Source of the DNA: Candidatus Tectimicrobiota bacterium | GTDB lineage: Bacteria > JACPUC01 | NCBI GenBank assembly: GCA_016192455.1 | Contig: JACPUC010000014.1 | Coordinates: 1 to 64,000 of the forward strand | Length of the DNA: 64,000 nucleotides | Reading direction: 5' to 3' | Shown: positions 8,462-17,652 of the stretch, piece by piece | How positions within the stretch are numbered: the first letter of the stretch is position 1 | Layout: every line of letters begins with the position of its first letter | Made by a program: the position numbers and the translations under genes | Notes under the pieces: model-generated | Told to the model about the DNA's origin: nothing | Seen by the model: only the letters and a program-made list of their open reading frames with translations | The model's database searches: none

Positions 8462-10500
8462 GGCTGCACCTCGAGGATGAGATTGCCCAGATCGTCCACC
8501 CGCGCCATGGCCCAGGGAGGGATGACGGTGGTGCTGTCCGGCTGCTCGAGGACCGCGGGCCCGCGCAGCTTCGCGCCGGTGGGCAGGCGGTGGCGCTCGT
8601 AAATCGGCGTCGGCTGGTAGACGCCCTGGAAGGAGACCTGGCGCACCCCCTTGCGGGCCTCCTCCAGATGCGCCGCCGTGGGCGGCACGAGGCCCTTCAA
8701 GTCGAGGTTCGGGCGCACCCCCTCCACCGTCGTGCGCAGGCTGACGATGACGATCGGGAACCCCTCGATGGTGCGCCCGTAGAAGCGCTGGTAGGTCTCC
8801 TCGAAGGCGCCGCGGATCGCCGCCTCGTCGACGTCGGGGCGCGGGAAGACTGTCTTCACGACGTGCGTCTGCCCCTCGTAGGCCATGTCCGCTTCGTAGA
8901 GCACCTCTACCGCCGCCACCGGGATGCCCTCCTCGGCGATGAGCTGCCGGCCACGCCGCTCGTGCTCCGCGTAGACCGTGCGCAGACGGGCGAAGTCGAG
9001 CTGATCGAGGCGCTGGTTGATGGTCTGCACGAAGTCGTGGCGGACGTTCGCCATGATGCAGCCCATGGCGCTGGTCACCCCCGGGAAGAGAGGGATGATG
9101 GCCCGCGCCAGCTCCAGCTCCCGCATGATGGCGGCGGCGTGCAGCGGCCCGGCGCCGCCGAAGGCGACGAGGGTGAAGTCGCGCGGGTCGAGGCCGCGTT
9201 CGATTGACACCATGCGGATGCTGCCCGCCATCTTGTTGTTCGCCACCTGCACGACGGCGTCGGCGGCCTCCGTCGGCGACAGGCCGAGGGGCTTGCCGAT
9301 CTTCTCCGCCAGGGCGGCGCGGGCGAACTCCACATCGAGGCTGAAGCCCTCGCCGCTGGCGATGCTGTAGCGGGGGTTGATGCGCCCCAGGAGGAGGTTG
9401 GCGTCGGTGACCGTGGGTTCCTCGCCGCCGCGCCTGTAGCACACCGGCCCCGGGTCCGCCCCGGCGCTCCGCGGGCCGATCTGCAAGATGCCGCCGCCGT
9501 CGAGCCAGGCGATGCTGCCGCCGCCGGCGCCGATCGTGGTGATGTCGATCATCGGCACGTTGATCGGCACGGCGTACTCGAGCTCCGTGGTCGATTTCAT
9601 GCTCGGCTTGCCGTCGGCGATGAGGCAGACATCGAAGCTCGTCCCCCCCATGTCGCAGGAGATGGCGTTCGGGAAGCCGGCCGCGCGGCTCAGGTAGACC
9701 GCCGCCATCACCCCGGCCGCCGGACCAGAGAGCAGCGTGTTGACGGAAGCCCGGCGCGCCACGTCGAGGGACATGATGCCGCCGTTCGACTGGATGAGGA
9801 CGACGTCCCGGCGATATCCCTCGCTGCGGAGCCGCGCCAGGAGGGAGCGCAGGTAGTCGCCGATGCAGGGCTGCACGTAGGCGTTGACCACGGCCGTGCT
9901 GGTGCGCTCGAACTCGCGGTACTCCGGCAGCACCTCCGAGCTCAGGACGATGTGGTCATTCGGCCACAGCTCCTCGAGAATCTCGCGCGCCCGCCGTTCG
10001 TGGGCGGGATTGGCGTAGGAGTGGAGGAAGCTGACGACGACCGCCTCCACCCCCTGGGCGAGGAGCCGCGGCACGGCCGCGCGGACGTCCTCTTCCTTGA
10101 GGGGGGTGAGAACCTCGCCGGCGAAATCGACCCGCTCCTCGATCTCGAGGCAGCGGTCGCGCGGCACCAGCGGCTCGTAGACGCCGGTCAGCCCGAAGGT
10201 GTGGGGCCGATCGCGGCGGCGGAACTCCAGGATGTCGCGGAAGCCCTTCGTGGTGAGGAGGCCGCAGACGGCGCCGCGGCGCTGCAGCAGGGTGTTCGTG
10301 GCGACCGTGGTGCCGTGCACAATGACGAGGAGATCGTCGAGGCGCAGGCTGCTCTCCCGCAGCGCCTGCAGGAGGGCCCGGGAAAGATCGTCGGGGGTGG
10401 ACATGACCTTACTCACGCCCGCCGCGCCGCTGCTCTCGTCCACATAGATGAGGTCGGTGAACGTACCGCCGATATCCACCCCGGTAATGATGCTTGCCAT
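8458..10500 (-). CDS. Hydantoinase A / 5-oxoprolinase family protein
   Basis: GVDIGGTFTD, HGTTVATN, SGPAAG, DMGGTSFD, GAGGGSIA, SAGADPGP, AFGGAGPLHA. Confidence 0.93.
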   Translation of the reverse strand: MASIITGVDIGGTFTDLIYVDESSGAAGVSKVMSTPDDLSRALLQALRESSLRLDDLLVIVHGTTVATNTLLQRRGAVCGLLTTKGFRDILEFRRRDRPHTFGLTGVYEPLVPRDRCLEIEERVDFAGEVLTPLKEEDVRAAVPRLLAQGVEAVVVSFLHSYANPAHERRAREILEELWPNDHIVLSSEVLPEYREFERTSTAVVNAYVQPCIGDYLRSLLARLRSEGYRRDVVLIQSNGGIMSLDVARRASVNTLLSGPAAGVMAAVYLSRAAGFPNAISCDMGGTSFDVCLIADGKPSMKSTTELEYAVPINVPMIDITTIGAGGGSIAWLDGGGILQIGPRSAGADPGPVCYRRGGEEPTVTDANLLLGRINPRYSIASGEGFSLDVEFARAALAEKIGKPLGLSPTEAADAVVQVANNKMAGSIRMVSIERGLDPRDFTLVAFGGAGPLHAAAIMRELELARAIIPLFPGVTSAMGCIMANVRHDFVQTINQRLDQLDFARLRTVYAEHERRGRQLIAEEGIPVAAVEVLYEADMAYEGQTHVVKTVFPRPDVDEAAIRGAFEETYQRFYGRTIEGFPIVIVSLRTTVEGVRPNLDLKGLVPPTAAHLEEARKGVRQVSFQGVYQPTPIYERHRLPTGAKLRGPAVLEQPDSTTVIPPWAMARVDDLGNLILEVQP

Positions 10501-10693
10501 GCTTCAACCTCATGTTCAGCAGGAGTCGTCAGCAGCCGCTTGCGGCAGGTCCCACGCCGCCGCCCGTTCTGCAGGCCTTCACCCTCTCCGCCCCTCCGTG
10601 CCGCTTCTCCGCCAGGAAGCCGGTGGAGCGCAGCCCTCCGCACCGCACCGCCGCCCCCCAGGCGGACCCTCCCTGAAACCGCGGCGAGCGTCT

Positions 10694-12037
10694 CTACCCC
10701 TTCAGGTGTTTCGCCAACAGCTTCTCCATCGCCTCAGCCGCGGCGCGCGGCACCTCGATGCGGCGGAAGCGCTCGCGCCCTTCGAGGGGGGCGGTGGCGT
10801 CGATGCCGAGCTTCGAGGTGCGCTTGTCCTCGCCGGCGGAGGGATCGATCCCCCAGCCTTCGACGTTCTCCCTCACGTAGAGGTCCCGACTCGGTTGGAA
10901 GCGCGTGCCGAGGGCCCACTCGACATCGGCGAAGACGAACGGGTCGATATCTTCGTCCACCAGGATCGCCGTCTTCAACGAGCGGTTGTTGAGAAGGAGG
11001 TAGTCGAAGATGGCCCGCGCCTTCGTCTGCCGGCGCTTGGCGAGCTGCACCACGACCAGGCCGCGGCCTTTGAAGCTCACCTTGCGCACCTCGGGGAAGG
11101 TGTCGCGCAGCACCCGGATGTTCTCCGCCTGACCGGAGATGTTCAGCACGTGCGCTTCCTGGCCGGAAGCGACGAGCCCTTGGTAGATCGGCGCGCGGCG
11201 GTGGGTGATGACATCGACGTCGATCACCGGGTTGTCGGAGGTGATGTAGTAGTTGCTCGTCTCCCCGAAGGGTCCCTCGGTCTCCCGCACGTGCGGCAGC
11301 ACCCGGCCCTCGAGCACGAACTCGGCGCTTGCCGGCGCCTCGAGGTCCTTGGAGACGCAGCGCACCAGCTCGATTGGCTCGCCCGCCAGGCCGCCGGCGA
11401 TGGCGAACTTATCGGTGAGCGCCGGGTCCCAGGTGACGCTGGCGAAGTAGGTGATCGGATCGAGGCCGACGACCACCGCCACCTCGAGCGCCTGATCCCG
11501 CCCCTCGACGAGGGCGAAGAGCGTCGAGATGGGCGGGTTCTGCAGGTAGATGCCGAGGTGGTTGCCGCGCTTCACCTGGATGCGGTGGATGCCGATGGCG
11601 CGCGCCCCGGTGTCGGGGTGGCGGGCGATGGTCACGGCGGAGGTGAAGTAGGCCCCGGCATCCTCTTCATGGTGGGTGAGGACCGGGATGCTGGCAAGGA
11701 CGTCCTGTCCGCCCTCGAGCGCCACCTCCTGGCAGGGGGCCTCTCGAACCAGGCGCGGCTCGCGGCGCTCGTGCACGCGCTCGAGGTAGGTCTCCTCGAT
11801 CTCCCCCTCCCCGCAGCCCAAGGCGAGAGCCAGGCGCGCCCGCGTGGCGAGGATGTTGCCGGTCACGGCGTGGGCGGAGCCGCGCACCTTCGTGAAGAGC
11901 GGCACGGGGCCCTGGCGCCGGTCGAGGGAGGCGAGCGCAGCGGCGATCTCGAACTTAGGGTCAACCTCCTCCGCAATCTCGATGAGGTCGCCTCGACACC
12001 GCAGCGCCTCGAGGAAGGCCCGCAGGTCCGCGTACAT
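10694..12037 (-). CDS. UbiD-family (prFMN-dependent) decarboxylase
   Basis: DLRAFL N-terminus, IGIHRIQV, EFVLEG, EGPFGE, VDEDID...VEWAL, IDPS, SKLGIDAT. Confidence 0.92.
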   Translation of the reverse strand: MYADLRAFLEALRCRGDLIEIAEEVDPKFEIAAALASLDRRQGPVPLFTKVRGSAHAVTGNILATRARLALALGCGEGEIEETYLERVHERREPRLVREAPCQEVALEGGQDVLASIPVLTHHEEDAGAYFTSAVTIARHPDTGARAIGIHRIQVKRGNHLGIYLQNPPISTLFALVEGRDQALEVAVVVGLDPITYFASVTWDPALTDKFAIAGGLAGEPIELVRCVSKDLEAPASAEFVLEGRVLPHVRETEGPFGETSNYYITSDNPVIDVDVITHRRAPIYQGLVASGQEAHVLNISGQAENIRVLRDTFPEVRKVSFKGRGLVVVQLAKRRQTKARAIFDYLLLNNRSLKTAILVDEDIDPFVFADVEWALGTRFQPSRDLYVRENVEGWGIDPSAGEDKRTSKLGIDATAPLEGRERFRRIEVPRAAAEAMEKLLAKHLKG

Positions 12038-12075
12038 CGCATCCCCCTTCTCGCAGGCCGGCGATGCCGCCCTGC

Positions 12076-12417
12076 TTAGCGCTTCTTGAAGAAGATCATC
12101 ACGAGGCGCTCGTCGGCGTCGTTCTCAATGCCGTGTTTCACCATCTTCGGAACGAGGTAGAGGCCGCGCGGCTGGCAGCGAAATTTCCGCTCGCCGACCG
12201 TGAACGTGCCGCGTCCCTGCAGCACGTAGTAGACCTCGTCCTCCTTGATATGGTGGTGCATCGGCGTCCCCTGCCCCGGCTCGTAGCAGAGGAGCTCCGT
12301 GACGATGTCGTCGGTGCGGAAGATGCGCTTGCGGATGCGCTTCTCCACCGAGAACTCGATGACATCGTCAAGCCGCACGATGCCCGAGTCTTGCGTCGCT
12401 TCTGCCTGCTCATCCAT
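12076..12417 (-). CDS. Cupin domain protein
   Basis: PGQGTPMHHH..EDEVYYVLQG and VPKMVKHGIEN cupin motifs; GGAG-type RBS before MDEQ. Confidence 0.88.
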   Translation of the reverse strand: MDEQAEATQDSGIVRLDDVIEFSVEKRIRKRIFRTDDIVTELLCYEPGQGTPMHHHIKEDEVYYVLQGRGTFTVGERKFRCQPRGLYLVPKMVKHGIENDADERLVMIFFKKR

Positions 12418-12516
12418 CTCTTCTCCCCCCGTCGCCCCTGACGGCATGGCGCTGCCATCCCCCGCCGCCGGCCTCCCAGCGGCGCGGCGCGCAGCCTCTC
12501 GTCGGGCTCGCCCCGC

Positions 12517-13194
12517 TCAGGCGCTTGCCGGTTCGCCTCTAAACCACGGGTCCTGCAGGTAGCCGACCTTCGGAACCCGCACCCGCGCCGGCAGCCCCTG
12601 GGCCCGTTTCAGGCGCTGGATCGTGTTGAGGTGGACGAGGGTCTCCCACACCATATGCTGGAAGATGTAGACCGCCTGCATGTGCCAGAGCGTGGGGTCG
12701 CGCGGGTCCTGCTCGAGGCCGACGGCATGGCAGCGCGCGGCGCGTTCCATGTACGGACCGATGCGCTCGTAGCCGTTGGCGAAGGTGGCGTCGGGCGGGA
12801 TGCGGCGGTCCATGGTGATCGAGGAGAGGTCCGCTTCATCCAGCCGCGACAGGACCTCGCGGGCGATGTTGATGCTGTTCTCCACCTGCGGCAGGATGTC
12901 CTTGAGGTCCCAGTAGACCTCCTCGTCTAGACGCCGGTCGTACTTCGCGGCGCCGGCCGGGTCGAACGGCTGGGGCTTCTGTCGATCCTTGAAGAAGTGC
13001 TTCCCCCAGGCCAGCACCATCTGGAAGTAGTAGGCGTAGGCGATATGGCTGAGCTGCCGGCGGATGCTCCACTTCGACCATTCCTGGCCCTGGTCATCCC
13101 AATCGAGCTGCTCGTCCGTCAGCCCCTCAACCTCCTCGCGCAGCCAGTTGTAGAGATGCGCCAACTCCGGATACCTGGCGGTTGCCGAAGCCAT
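12517..13194 (-). CDS. DinB/YfiT-superfamily protein
   Basis: GLTDEQLDW, WSIRRQLSHIA, QHMVWETLVHLNTIQRLK helical bundle pattern; GAGGAGG RBS. Confidence 0.75.
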   Translation of the reverse strand: MASATARYPELAHLYNWLREEVEGLTDEQLDWDDQGQEWSKWSIRRQLSHIAYAYYFQMVLAWGKHFFKDRQKPQPFDPAGAAKYDRRLDEEVYWDLKDILPQVENSINIAREVLSRLDEADLSSITMDRRIPPDATFANGYERIGPYMERAARCHAVGLEQDPRDPTLWHMQAVYIFQHMVWETLVHLNTIQRLKRAQGLPARVRVPKVGYLQDPWFRGEPASA

Positions 13195-13244
13195 GTTCAA
13201 TTCCTCCTCGAGGCCAGTCGCTTTTCGCGCGGGTACTCGGCGGG

Positions 13245-13275
13245 ATTCTAGCACAGGTGAGGCGACGGTCGTCAA
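13245..13275 (-). promoter_or_regulatory. Putative promoter of the DinB-cupin-UbiD unit
   Basis: Minus strand TTGACG-N19-TAGAAT with extended -10 (TGCTAGAAT). Confidence 0.45.
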
Positions 13276-13413
13276 ACGGGGCGCGGCCGGATGAGCCGCG
13301 CGGCGCTCCTTGCCGATGGGTCCGCCGCCGTGCTATGTGGGGGAGCAGGCAGTGCGCATCCCGGCAGGCCGCGGTTCCGGCGGCGGGCCTCGCCTCGATG
13401 GGGAAGAGGGCGG

Positions 13414-14184
13414 ATGGAGCTTGGGTTAACGGGCAAGGTCGCCATGGTCTCCGGGGGCAGCCGGGGCATCGGCCGCAGCATCGTCCTGGGCCTGGCCGCG
13501 GAGGGTTGCGCGGTGAGCTTCTGCGCCCGCGGCGGGGACGACCTCGCGGCCTGCGCCGAGGAGCTGCGGCAGGCAGGTAGGCGCTCCTGCGCCGTCCAGG
13601 CCGATGTCGCCACGGCAGATGGGGCGCGGGAGTTCTTTACGGAGACCTGCGCCCGGCTCGGCGAGCCGGACATCCTGGTGAACAATATCGGCAAATCGTC
13701 GGGGGGCGGCATTGAAACGACGACCCTGGAAGAGTGGCAGAACGCGCTCGAGTTCAACCTCCTTCCGGCCGTGCGCCTCTCGAAGCTCGTCGTGCCGGGC
13801 ATGAAGCGGCGCCGCCGGGGGCGCATCATCCATATCGCCTCGATCTGGGGCCGCGAGTCGGGGGGCCTGATGACCTACAACGCCGCCAAGGCGTCCGTCA
13901 TCAGCTTGTCAAAGGCGATGGCGCGCGAGCTTGGCCCGTTCAACATCCTGGTGAACGCGGTCTGCCCGGGGTCCGTCAGTTTCCCGGGCGGCTCCTGGTG
14001 GCGCCGGCAGCAGGAGGAGCCGGAGAGGATGGCGAGGTTCCTGGAGAGCGATTTCCCTCTCGGACGCTTCGGCACCCCGCAGGAGGTGGCGAACGTTGTC
14101 ACCTTTCTGGCTTCGGAGGCGGCCAGCCTCGTCAGCGGCGCGGCCATCACCGTTGACGGCTGCCAGTCGCGCTCGAACATCTGA
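13414..14184 (+). CDS. Short-chain dehydrogenase/reductase (FabG-like)
   Basis: SGGSRGIG, LVNNIG, IASIWG, YNAAK catalytic motif, VNAVCPG, VDG. Confidence 0.92.
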   Translation: MELGLTGKVAMVSGGSRGIGRSIVLGLAAEGCAVSFCARGGDDLAACAEELRQAGRRSCAVQADVATADGAREFFTETCARLGEPDILVNNIGKSSGGGIETTTLEEWQNALEFNLLPAVRLSKLVVPGMKRRRRGRIIHIASIWGRESGGLMTYNAAKASVISLSKAMARELGPFNILVNAVCPGSVSFPGGSWWRRQQEEPERMARFLESDFPLGRFGTPQEVANVVTFLASEAASLVSGAAITVDGCQSRSNI

Positions 14185-14241
14185 TGGGATGGTCCGGAAG
14201 TGCGGCCCCGCCGCACCTTGGCTTGTGGACAAGGGGGAAGA

Positions 14242-14916
14242 ATGATGGCGTCCCAACCATTCCCGAGCCGCCGGCGCCTGGCGGGCGCCTCCGCTGGCGG
14301 AGGTCGCCGCGCCGCCTGGCTGGGGATCGCCGCGCTGGCGCTGGCCATTGCACCCCTGCTGCCGGGATTCTGGCTGGCGCCACAGGCCGCGCAGGCCGGG
14401 GGCGTGAAGGAGAAGTTCGCGGCTATGGGGATGATCACCTTCAGCCGCAGGGTGCCGGCGCCCGCTTTCACGCTGCCCACCCTCACCGGCGAGGTGTTCC
14501 GCCTGCAGGACCTGCGGGGCAAGATCGTCTTCCTGAACTTCTGGGCCACCTGGTGCGTCCCCTGCCGCGAGGAGATGCCGGCGATGCAGAGCTTGGCCGA
14601 TGCTTTCGCGCAGCGACCCTTCGCCATGGTGGCGATCTCGCAGGACGCCGCCGGGGAGCGCGTGGTGCGGCCCTTCGTGGAGGAGCTGAAGCTGCGCTTC
14701 ACCATCCTCCTCGATATGGACAAGGCAGTGACCCAGCGCTACTCGGTGCGGGCGCTCCCCTCCACCTACCTCATCGGACGCGACGGCGCCGTCCTCGGTA
14801 TCGCCCTGGGCCCGCGCGAGTGGAACAGCCCGCAAGCCCGGGCCCTCATCGAGGCGCTCCTCGAGCTGCCGGCCGCCGCGCCCTCCGCCGCTCCAAACAG
14901 CGAGAGCGCCAACTGA
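14242..14916 (+). CDS. TlpA/ResA-like thiol:disulfide oxidoreductase, exported or membrane-anchored
   Basis: N-terminal hydrophobic segment, APAFTL, LNFWATWCVPCREEMP, LPSTYLI. Confidence 0.9.
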   Translation: MMASQPFPSRRRLAGASAGGGRRAAWLGIAALALAIAPLLPGFWLAPQAAQAGGVKEKFAAMGMITFSRRVPAPAFTLPTLTGEVFRLQDLRGKIVFLNFWATWCVPCREEMPAMQSLADAFAQRPFAMVAISQDAAGERVVRPFVEELKLRFTILLDMDKAVTQRYSVRALPSTYLIGRDGAVLGIALGPREWNSPQARALIEALLELPAAAPSAAPNSESAN

Positions 14917-15031
14917 GCGGCGCTCCGCACCTTCCCGTCCACACCGCGACGCTCCGCTCCCTTCGCCGCCCCCTGACCGCCGCGGCCCAGCGCGGGTCCG
15001 CGCCGGCTCGCCGCGGGGCTCGGCCTGCGTT

Positions 15032-16204
15032 TCACTCCTCGGCATCGAAGGCGCGGCGGAAGAGCCGCACGAAGTCCTCGCGCGAGGTGCGCCGCGGGTT
15101 CACCTTGTGCAGCCCCATGGCGACGGCGTCATCGACGAGATCCTGCAGCTTCTCGTCGCTGCACCCGGCCAGTCGCAGATTGGCTGGAATCCCCACGTCG
15201 CGGAGGAGCTTGCGCACCGCGGTCACGGCGGATGCAGCGGCGACACTGGGGGTCAGGCCGCGCACCTCCTCTCCCATGGCCGCGGCGATGTCGGCGAAGC
15301 GCTGCGGACAGGCGATGAGGCAGAACTCCATGACGTGCGGCAGGGCGATGGCGTTCGCCAGGCCATGGTGCAGGCCGAGGTGCCCGCCGAGCGGATGCGC
15401 CATCGAGTGGCAGATGCCGAGGTTGGCGTTCGAGAAGGCGATCCCCGCCATGGTGCTGGCGATCGCCATGTTCAACGTTGCCTCGAGGTTGTAGTCGTTG
15501 CTGACCGCCTGCCGCAGGTTGCCGGAGATGAGGCGGACGGCGTGCAGCGCCAGGGCATCGGTGAGGGGTTGCGCCTGCAGGTTCGTGTACGCCTCGATGG
15601 CATGCGTCAGGGCGTCGGCGCCGGTCGCGGCGGCGATCGGCGCGGGCAGGCGCAGCATGAGCCGCGGCTCGATCACCGCCAGGCGTGGGTGGCAGAAGCG
15701 CGACACGATGCCGTGCTTAAAGTGCGTCTCAGGGTCCGTCACCACCGCGCTGTTGGAGACCTCGCTGCCGGTGCCGTACGTGGTGGGAATGGCTACCATC
15801 GGCGCCATCGGCTCCCGGAACTTGTTCACGCCGAAGTACTGGCTGATCTGCCCGCCGTTCGTCGCCAAGATGGCGAGGGATTTGCCGACATCCATCGAGC
15901 TGCCGCCGCCGAGCGCCAGGATGCCGTCGCAGCCATCCTTCCGGTACGCCTCCCAGACGGCCTCCACCGTGGCGATGAGGGGGTTCCCCACCACGCCGTC
16001 GAAGAGCACGACGGGGATTTTCGCCAGCTCCAGCACCCGCAGGAGTTGCTCGGCCAAGCCCGCCTTGACGATGCCGGCATCCGTCACGAGGCAGGGCCGG
16101 TGCACGAGCAGGCGGCCCAGCTCCTTGGGAAGCCGCTCCAGGGCGCCGGCGCCGCTGAGGACCATGGTGGGCAGGTAGTAGGTGAAGATTTCCTGAAAGG
16201 CCAT
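15032..16204 (-). CDS. Iron-containing alcohol dehydrogenase
   Basis: GGGSSMD, PTTYGTGSEV, DALTHAIEAY, CHSMAHPLG, HGLANA. Confidence 0.93.
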   Translation of the reverse strand: MAFQEIFTYYLPTMVLSGAGALERLPKELGRLLVHRPCLVTDAGIVKAGLAEQLLRVLELAKIPVVLFDGVVGNPLIATVEAVWEAYRKDGCDGILALGGGSSMDVGKSLAILATNGGQISQYFGVNKFREPMAPMVAIPTTYGTGSEVSNSAVVTDPETHFKHGIVSRFCHPRLAVIEPRLMLRLPAPIAAATGADALTHAIEAYTNLQAQPLTDALALHAVRLISGNLRQAVSNDYNLEATLNMAIASTMAGIAFSNANLGICHSMAHPLGGHLGLHHGLANAIALPHVMEFCLIACPQRFADIAAAMGEEVRGLTPSVAAASAVTAVRKLLRDVGIPANLRLAGCSDEKLQDLVDDAVAMGLHKVNPRRTSREDFVRLFRRAFDAEE

Positions 16205-16338
16205 GGCGTCGCAACCCTCCAAGATCAAGACGGATGGGCCGGCATGAGCGAGGGACGCACGGGGAGAAGGCGGCCCTCCCGCGCCGGGAGGCCGTCCCCG
16301 CGCGCCGGGCCTGCGCCGCGACAACGCGCCTGGCTGGG

Positions 16339-17301
16339 CTAGGCCACCCGGTTCTGCAGCGGCTGTCCGCTCAGCAGGCGGTCGATCTCCTGCACGATGA
16401 GCTCCTGCCCGTAGCGGTACGCCTCAATCGAACTGCCGGCCTGGTGGGCCGTGAGGACGATGTTGTCAACGCGGCGCAGGGGGCTGTCGGCCGGCAGCGG
16501 CTCCACCTCGTAGACATCCACCGCGGCGCCGCGGATCCAGCCCTCTTCGACCGCGCGCACGAGCGCCGCCTCATCCATCACGGCGCCGCGGGCGGTATTG
16601 ATGAAGTAGGCGTCCGGCTTCATCGCCCGGAAGCGCGCTTCGTTGAAGAGCCGCGTGGTTTCAGGCATGAGGGGGGTATGGCAGGAGACGAAGTCCGCCT
16701 GCGCGAGGAGATCCTCGAGGCTCGCGCGTTTCTCCACCCCGCAGGCCCGCATGCTTGCCTCGTCAACGTAGGGGTCCACCGCGATGACCCGCAGGCCGAG
16801 GCCCCGGGCGCGCTCCGCCACGTTGCGGGCGATGCGCCCGAAGGCGACCAGGCCGAGCGTCCGCCCCTTGATGCGGGGGATGGGCGCGAGGTGCTCCCGC
16901 GGCCACTCGCCGGCGTGGAGGTGCCGCGAGGCGCGCTCAATCTGCAGCACCGAGGCGAAGAGCAAGCCGATGGTGTGCTCGGCCACCTCCTCCGCCGACC
17001 AGCCGGGGTTGTTCGTGACGGGGATGCCGTGCCTCTTGGCGGCCTCGACGTCGATGTGATTGTAGCCGATGCCCTGGGCCATGAGAAGTCTGCAGCGCCT
17101 GGCCTGGGAGATGCTCTTCTCGGTCAGGCGCAGGAAGCTCGCGATGATCACGTCGGCTTTGCCGACGTGGGGCGCCAGCTCGTCCTCCGTCTTGCAGCGG
17201 GGATCAAGGATGGTCACCCCGCGCTGCTCCGCCCAGGCGCGGTACACCTCCCCCTGCGGAAAGGGACGGTCCGCAATGAGGATCGTGGCAGGCTCGGACA
17301 T
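16339..17301 (-). CDS. D-isomer-specific 2-hydroxyacid dehydrogenase (CtBP-like)
   Basis: GIGYNHID, VAEHT, GLVAFGRIA, INTARG, DVYEVEP, AHQAG (Arg/Glu/His triad). Confidence 0.9.
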   Translation of the reverse strand: MSEPATILIADRPFPQGEVYRAWAEQRGVTILDPRCKTEDELAPHVGKADVIIASFLRLTEKSISQARRCRLLMAQGIGYNHIDVEAAKRHGIPVTNNPGWSAEEVAEHTIGLLFASVLQIERASRHLHAGEWPREHLAPIPRIKGRTLGLVAFGRIARNVAERARGLGLRVIAVDPYVDEASMRACGVEKRASLEDLLAQADFVSCHTPLMPETTRLFNEARFRAMKPDAYFINTARGAVMDEAALVRAVEEGWIRGAAVDVYEVEPLPADSPLRRVDNIVLTAHQAGSSIEAYRYGQELIVQEIDRLLSGQPLQNRVA

Positions 17302-17652
17302 AGCGCAAACTCCACTGGGAACGAGTCACGCCCCGGACTCCCAGCCTGTGAGGTTTCGTGGCACCCCGAGATCATCACCGCTCCGGCGCCTTGCACGCTA
17401 GCATGCCGCGGACACGCCTGGCAAAAGCCGCCGGGCCGGACGGCAGCGCCGCCTCCCTCGCCGCCCGCCTGGAGACCCCCACTTCCCCACACCCCGGAAC
17501 CCCAGCAGGACACCCGCCGTGGCCGCGACAGGGCGGCTGCCGACTCTCGCCTCCCGCGAGAGAGCGAGGGCCGGGAGACTCCCTCCCGGCCCGGCATCGG
17601 CTCTGCTTCTCGATCCCGGCAACGGGATGAGGCGCCGTGGTAGGCTCGCGGC

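Noticed and set aside
8462-9442. Apparent N-terminal extension of hydantoinase B (881-aa ORF)
   Set aside because: It overlaps hydantoinase A in another frame and is Arg/Pro/Gly noise; the real start is the GTG at 8461
10501-10693. Cluster of GGAG motifs on the minus strand between ubiD and hydantoinase A (CsrA-like sites)
   Set aside because: Expected by chance in G-rich sequence, with no regular hairpin presentation
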